This document shows positions 36,352 to 40,638 of a stretch of DNA of 40,638 bases, one piece after another. A program made the translations under genes and the position numbers. This stretch comes from a virus (lineage: Duplodnaviria; Heunggongvirae; Uroviricota; Caudoviricetes), in the IMG/VR virus record IMGVR_UViG_2778261641_000011; one strand, 5' to 3'. The notes beneath the pieces are model-generated. The model saw nothing but the letters and a program-made list of their open reading frames with translations, was not told the origin of the DNA and made no database searches. How positions within the stretch are numbered: the stretch's first letter is position 1; every line of letters begins with the position of its first letter.

Positions 36352-37160
36352 TGACCACATTTACCGATAAAGAACTGATTAAAGAAATCAAAGAACGAAT
36401 CAGCAGCATGGACGTGCGAGACAATGTTGAGCGCCGTGCTTATGAAATTGCTCTGGCATCGCTGGAAGAGGATCCGGTGGCATGGCTGCATTCAGACAAT
36501 GGCTTAGGTATTCCGGCAATAACCAGGAGTAAAAACATTGCTGACAGTTGGTTATCAAAGGGCTGGTATGTTCAGCCGCTATATATAGCCAAGCCAGTGC
36601 CGGTGGTGCCAGATGCTCGTCCATCTTTAAATAATGGCATAGTCGGTTTTGATGAAGGCTGGAACGCCTGCCGAGCTGCCATGCTCTATGGTGCCGTACC
36701 TGCAAGCCAGGCTTACAAGTTGCCACAAACGCAGTTTAAACAGGTTGCTGACCTCTACGAAATGCAATTTGATGACGGTCGCACTTGTACCTTTCACACT
36801 GATGCGCAAAAGGCTGTGCAATGGCTTCAGGCGTGCGACGGAAACAGGGTTCAGGAATACGTTAAGCTGGAACGATTGCAGAACGCACTGTCTGGCAACT
36901 CTCCGGTAACTCCGGATGGTTGGGTTATGGTGCCGAAGAGACTAACAGCCGAGAACGGCGCTAAGGGGGCGCTATCCGGTGAATTTTCAGAAACTACGTT
37001 TATAAGCTGCCTGGAATGCTTTGGCGATGATGATTGCGATACCTGTGACGGGAGCGGGCGTATTGAAATTAAAGTGCCAGTCACGTGGTCGACCATAAAA
37101 TCTATCTGGGATAAAGGTATCGAGTATTTTGCAGCAAAACCATCACAAGAGGTGAAGTGA
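36351..37160 (+). CDS. Hypothetical phage early protein (Cys-rich C-terminal CxxC motifs)
   Basis: 269 aa; ATGA coupling on both sides; CLECFGDDDCDTCDGSG near the C-terminus. Confidence 0.55.
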   Translation: MTTFTDKELIKEIKERISSMDVRDNVERRAYEIALASLEEDPVAWLHSDNGLGIPAITRSKNIADSWLSKGWYVQPLYIAKPVPVVPDARPSLNNGIVGFDEGWNACRAAMLYGAVPASQAYKLPQTQFKQVADLYEMQFDDGRTCTFHTDAQKAVQWLQACDGNRVQEYVKLERLQNALSGNSPVTPDGWVMVPKRLTAENGAKGALSGEFSETTFISCLECFGDDDCDTCDGSGRIEIKVPVTWSTIKSIWDKGIEYFAAKPSQEVK

Positions 37161-37732
37161 TGAACAACTTAATGATCGACCTTGAGACGATGGGGAAAAA
37201 TAAGGATGCACCGATCGTTTCCATTGGCGCGGTGTTCTTCACCCCAGAAACAGGAGACATCGGACAAGAATTCTATACGGTTGTTAGCCTGGAAAGTGCT
37301 ATGGGGCAAGGAGCTACACCTGACGGCGATACCATCCTGTGGTGGTTGAAACAAAGCCCTGAAGCACGAGCTGCAATCTGTATTGATGATACTTTGTCGA
37401 TCAGCGATGCACTCTCTGAACTGAGCCATTTCATTAATCAGCATGCAGACAATACAAAATATTTAAAAGTCTGGGGTAACGGGGCCACCTTCGACAACGT
37501 AATTTTACGTGGAGCTTATGAGCGAGCAGGACAAATCTGCCCGTGGGCATACTGGAATGACCACGATGTACGCACGATCGTTACGCTTGGGCGTTCCATC
37601 GGATTCGACCCCAAAATGGACATGCCTTTCGATGGCGAACGGCACAACGCCCTGGCCGATGCCCGTCATCAGGCAAAATATGTTTCCGCTATCTGGCAGA
37701 AATTAATTCCTGCCACCAGCACAGAATTATAA
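37157..37732 (+). CDS. DEDDh-type 3'-5' exonuclease
   Basis: 191 aa; motifs IDLETMG (Exo I), WGNGATFDNVIL (Exo II), HNALADARH (Exo III). Confidence 0.75.
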   Translation: MMNNLMIDLETMGKNKDAPIVSIGAVFFTPETGDIGQEFYTVVSLESAMGQGATPDGDTILWWLKQSPEARAAICIDDTLSISDALSELSHFINQHADNTKYLKVWGNGATFDNVILRGAYERAGQICPWAYWNDHDVRTIVTLGRSIGFDPKMDMPFDGERHNALADARHQAKYVSAIWQKLIPATSTEL

Positions 37733-37768
37733 TTTTCCCGGGTGCAGCCGGTTTTGATGGAGAAAATT

Positions 37769-38050
37769 ATGAACACCTTGTTTTTACTGATGGCTGAATT
37801 CAATACCCCAAACATTGAACTCTCAGCAGTTAGCCAAAAGTACTTTGGTATGAGTCCAGCCACGGCAGAAGCAAAAGCAAACGCTTGTAAGTTGCCCGTT
37901 CCAACATATCGCATCGGCACATCACAAAAAGCAAAACGTTGCATCAATATTCAGGATCTTGCGGAATACATAGACAAAAGGCGAGAAGAAGGACGTATCG
38001 AGTGGGAACAGGTCAGAACAGTCAAACAGAAGGACAAAGAACATCACTAA
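37769..38050 (+). CDS. PrtN-like small transcriptional regulator
   Basis: Start at ATG with a GGAG RBS (track ORF from GTG 37742). MNTLFLLMAEFNTPNIELSAVSQKYFGMSPATAEAKANACKLPVPTYRIG resembles PrtN-family proteins. Confidence 0.5.
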   Translation: MNTLFLLMAEFNTPNIELSAVSQKYFGMSPATAEAKANACKLPVPTYRIGTSQKAKRCINIQDLAEYIDKRREEGRIEWEQVRTVKQKDKEHH

Positions 38051-38054
38051 AGAA

Positions 38055-38080
38055 AAAACCCGCCTGAAGGCGGGTTTTCA
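38055..38080. terminator. Strong bidirectional intrinsic terminator
   Basis: aaaaaacccgcc-tgaa-ggcgggtttt, with A/T runs on both sides. Confidence 0.7.
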
Positions 38081-38097
38081 AAAAGCACCAGCTATGA

Positions 38098-38271
38098 TCA
38101 TGCTGCTTTGCGACGACGAAGCTTACCCTGCTGCTCTTTACCAGAGACAGTAGCGTGAGTGAACGCATTAGGAGCAGCCTTCATCAGAACTTCAACAGCA
38201 GCACCCATACCTGCGAATGCTTTCATTGTGTCGAACTTAACCTGTGGCTTGGTTGCTTTTTGATCTTTCAT
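38098..38271 (-). CDS. Small basic protein (57 aa), unknown function
   Basis: ATG with a GGGAG RBS; product MKDQKATKPQVKFDTMKAFAGMGAAVEVLMKAAPNAFTHATVSGKEQQGKLRRRKAA; ends at the bidirectional terminator. Below the 60-aa track cutoff. Confidence 0.45.
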   Translation of the reverse strand: MKDQKATKPQVKFDTMKAFAGMGAAVEVLMKAAPNAFTHATVSGKEQQGKLRRRKAA

Positions 38272-38341
38272 AGAAAACTCCCGAGACAGTAAAGGCGTCT
38301 CTAACCCTTTCTTTAAAGCTAGCTTGTTTCGCTAACTTATG

Positions 38342-38362
38342 CCAATCGATCATGTCGATTGG
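38342..38362. promoter_or_regulatory. Perfect 8-bp inverted repeat (ccaatcga-tcatg-tcgattgg) upstream of the small ORF
   Basis: Palindrome in the intergenic region between the GNAT-like gene and the small ORF. Confidence 0.3.
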
Positions 38363-38467
38363 TGACATCGTTTCTTAGTAGTTTAAGCACAAAACGACTG
38401 CCATAGATGTACCTTTAAGGTAATCTGGACGGGTATCCTACAATTTGTAGACCCTTCTCGTCTATAC

Positions 38468-39004
38468 CTACTGAGCAAATTTAAGAAAGATATCCTGCAG
38501 CTCATCAATGACTGCCGACATCACATAACCGCACTGTTCCATGCGGAAACCAAAAGACTCGTAATACTGCACCAGTTCTGGTACTGGCTCTACAATGTGG
38601 ACAACTTTACATTCAACAGCTTTACAAAATATAAAAGCACTCATAAGAGTGAGTAAAACCATGCGCCCTTTCAATGGGTGAGATTCATCTTCTCTAGAAA
38701 ACCTTTCGATCATATGGATACGAAAGATGTTTTCTTCAACCCCATAAACACAAATTGCTGCTCCTGATGGTATTCCCTGAACCCGACCTTGCTGAACAAG
38801 TTTTATGCAGAACTCATACTTTTCTCTGGAGTTGCCATAGGTACTTAACGCATAGTCCCATTCAAGCTCACCATAGCCACCACACAGAATCTTGTAATCA
38901 TCATTACTGAGCGGACCAACAGCAAGAGGTAAGCCGACATGATCAATAATCAACTGGATATTGTTACGTACTGATTGACCTATCTCGTCCAGGGTAAGCA
39001 TCAT
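38468..39004 (-). CDS. Moron near attR: putative GNAT-fold acyltransferase-like protein
   Basis: 178 aa; AT-richer than the phage core; TATAAT-like -10 upstream; GNAT-like segments (QQGRVQGIPSGAA, VLLTLMSAFIFCKAVECKVVHIV). Fold assignment is tentative. Confidence 0.5.
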   Translation of the reverse strand: MMLTLDEIGQSVRNNIQLIIDHVGLPLAVGPLSNDDYKILCGGYGELEWDYALSTYGNSREKYEFCIKLVQQGRVQGIPSGAAICVYGVEENIFRIHMIERFSREDESHPLKGRMVLLTLMSAFIFCKAVECKVVHIVEPVPELVQYYESFGFRMEQCGYVMSAVIDELQDIFLKFAQ

Positions 39005-39085
39005 GGCCTCTCAAGCGGAACACTAAAAGTCGCATTATATCTCATTCTTAAGCCGCGTATGGATTACACCTTGAAATGAAAACGC

Positions 39086-39107
39086 CGGGTTCCCAATAGG
39101 CTCCCAC
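39086..39107. promoter_or_regulatory. GGTTCCC-type repeats next to attR (candidate integrase arm sites)
   Basis: ggttccc at 39088-39094 and ggctcccac at 39099-39107 match the motifs at 1613-1647. Confidence 0.35.
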
Positions 39108-39129
39108 AGAGTGTATAACTACTTGTTTT

Positions 39130-39252
39130 TCAACAACGGTACATCCTATCGAGCATTGGTGCAACGCTAAACCGACCACTCCAGTGAACGTCAGTTTTTT
39201 CAGGCATTGCGCTGGTTTGGTTGATTTTTTGCATTTCAGAATTACCGTGCAT
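39130..39252 (-). pseudogene. dusA: Displaced original 5' end of host dusA (attR), fused to phage sequence
   Basis: Encodes MHGNSEMQKINQTSAMPEKTDVHWSGRFSVAPMLD, about 75% identical to the N-terminus of the intact dusA, then diverges into RMYRC-stop at the crossover core. Confidence 0.7.
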
Positions 39253-39258
39253 TTTCAA
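39149..39258. repeat. attR: host-derived copy of the dusA 5' end
   Basis: Imperfect direct repeat of 1476-1585 sharing the tcgagcat core at 39149-39156. Confidence 0.7.
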
Positions 39259-39550
39259 ATGTAGAGATTATTTTATCGATATATCATTGGGTTATGTTAT
39301 TCAGCATCACTGTTCAGGAGGCTCAATAGCGGGGTACTATACCATAACAACAGGAAGCGCCTGTCTCATTGCAAAAGAAAATTGAGATCAAATCAAGGCA
39401 TGAAGCTCTCACGAAGTGATGGAAATAATCTTATTAGCCGTTAGCCTTGTTAAGGACAATGATAAACAATCCAGGTTCGACGATAAATAAAAAATCACAC
39501 ATTAAACTCCGGTGATATCTCTTCCTGCTAATGGCACTGATAGAAGAAAA

Positions 39551-39576
39551 AAGAACCCAATAAGTATTAGGTTCTT
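39551..39576. terminator. Hairpin terminator downstream of the flanking host ORF
   Basis: aagaacc-caataagtatta-ggttctt flanked by A/T runs. Confidence 0.4.
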
Positions 39577-39615
39577 TTATGTAATGCCTTCCATACCATC
39601 GAAGAACTTCACATA

Positions 39616-40638
39616 TTATTTCGCCGATTTAACCCCGAATAAATCATAAATTAAATTAGAAGTATCTGTAAGTATTTTAATCTTTTCCTTTGAGTTTGGG
39701 TCAAACGACTTAGCAAAGTCAATTAATTTCGGTGCAGCATCTCGCATTTTGCTTAAAATATCAGGTTCGAGCTTTCCTTCATTCACCAGAAGTGACATTT
39801 TATCCAGATAGTCATCAAATTTCATCCCCCCCCGGTCCGCCAGATGCTTCATCTCTCCCAGGTACTTCTTCATATCACGTTGAGATAATTCTTCAAACTG
39901 AGCTGTCAGATAGTTCTCATTATATTCATTAATATTCACTTTTTCTGCTCCGGCTAAATCTGTGTAGGCACTAGAATATGAAAGTGAAATTAACAGCGAA
40001 GCAAATAATTTTAAGCTGTTGTCATCATGTTCCTGGCAGGCATTAACAAACGTTAAAAAACCAGAACCTATTGCTTGAAAATGTATATTCGCTAAAGGTT
40101 CATTATCCTTAGATTCCTCATAAAATAGCTGAACCGTGGAGGGAAGGCCATTCTTAGTTTCTACATCAAAAGTACATCGTTCAATGGGAGTCGCATCTTT
40201 ATTATCCCCAGGATTACATATACTATTAATCGCGAAATGAAAAATAGCCCGGTCAACAACTGATGCAATAAAGTCACGATCGTTTAAATCCTCATCAGTG
40301 CAATCGTCAATATACTTATTGACCCACACTTTGAGATTAGTTATTTGCTCAATTAAAAACACATTTTTTTTACGTGCATGCCATAAATTATGAGTGATTC
40401 TTTGAATAAACAAATCTATTTTTGCAATAATTATATCCCGATGACGCAGCGCTGAATAATCAATAGACTTACCATATATATTATTTAATTTACCTTTGAT
40501 TGTACCTCTATTATCTAATTTATCTTTGGTTGCATCTATATTATCTAATTTATCTTTGTTTGCATCTTTATTATCGAATTGATTTGAATTGAGTGTTTTA
40601 TTAAAGTATCCAGTTGCACCGGGTATTATCTTCAACAT
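39616..40638 (-). CDS. Host-flank hypothetical protein with a KD-rich tandem-repeat N-terminal region (possibly 5'-truncated by the window edge)
   Basis: 340-aa ORF reaching the last base of the window; AT-rich; N-terminal region repeats KDKLDN-type units. Confidence 0.5.
   Translation of the reverse strand: MLKIIPGATGYFNKTLNSNQFDNKDANKDKLDNIDATKDKLDNRGTIKGKLNNIYGKSIDYSALRHRDIIIAKIDLFIQRITHNLWHARKKNVFLIEQITNLKVWVNKYIDDCTDEDLNDRDFIASVVDRAIFHFAINSICNPGDNKDATPIERCTFDVETKNGLPSTVQLFYEESKDNEPLANIHFQAIGSGFLTFVNACQEHDDNSLKLFASLLISLSYSSAYTDLAGAEKVNINEYNENYLTAQFEELSQRDMKKYLGEMKHLADRGGMKFDDYLDKMSLLVNEGKLEPDILSKMRDAAPKLIDFAKSFDPNSKEKIKILTDTSNLIYDLFGVKSAK
40481..40593. repeat. Tandem ~30-bp direct repeats (about 3.5 copies) within the host ORF
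   Basis: ttatctaatttatctttggttgcatctata-like units at 40481, 40511, 40541 and 40571. Confidence 0.55.

Larger units (their letters stand above)
1476..39156. mobile_element. Integrated prophage (~37.7 kb) inserted in the 5' end of dusA; mosaic of lambdoid regulation, HK97-like head and Mu-like tail
   Basis: Bounded by an imperfect ~110-bp direct duplication of the dusA 5' end (1476-1585 and 39149-39258). Integrase sits at the left end; full head, tail, lysis and immunity gene sets lie between. Confidence 0.85.

Noticed and set aside
1-40638. CRISPR arrays, rRNA genes, IS elements or a Mu-type transposase
   Set aside because: No regularly spaced short repeats with unique spacers, no rRNA-like conserved blocks, no terminal inverted repeats flanking a transposase, and no MuA/MuB-like ORF were found. 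The only repeats are the att duplication, iterons, hix-like sites and short tandem repeats listed above.

Overview
The window is enterobacterial (E. coli-like) chromosome carrying a complete, mosaic prophage of about 37.7 kb inserted into the 5' end of dusA. Left host flank: pspG (166-408, -) and dusA (542-1579, -), whose first ~32 codons are supplied by the phage. Right host flank: the displaced original dusA 5' fragment (39130-39252), an AT-rich spacer, and a repeat-containing ORF running off the window end. Prophage layout, left to right: tyrosine integrase (+); a dinI-like gene behind two tandem LexA boxes; a Gin/Hin-type invertase with an invertible tail-fibre segment bounded by hix/gix-like sites (3843-3868 and 5705-5730); a Mu-like contractile-tail module (all -) with a -1 frameshift site in the tail chaperone and an AT-rich secreted-protein moron; an HK97-like head and packaging module with an HNH endonuclease; a lysis cassette; an orphan methyltransferase plus small wHTH gene between two intrinsic terminators at the Q-to-lysis junction; a leftward early operon (Q-like, DUF968, KilA-N, RusA, a LexA DNA-binding-domain-only protein, Dam-like methylase, replication initiator with internal iterons, cII-like, cro-like); a divergent cI-type S24 repressor; and a rightward operon (ClpX zinc-finger-like protein, small ORFs, a ~400-bp structured non-coding leader, HD hydrolase, DUF551, DEDDh exonuclease, PrtN-like). 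A GNAT-like moron and a 57-aa ORF sit next to attR. No CRISPR array, rRNA or tRNA was found. The candidates I consider most likely to be undescribed are the accessory locus downstream of cI (34128-34950), the structured non-coding region (35040-35434), the prophage-borne truncated LexA paired with LexA boxes at the other prophage end, and the morons at 11030-11692, 25159-26750 and 38098-39004. All functional calls are by-eye motif and synteny recognition; no database search was run.
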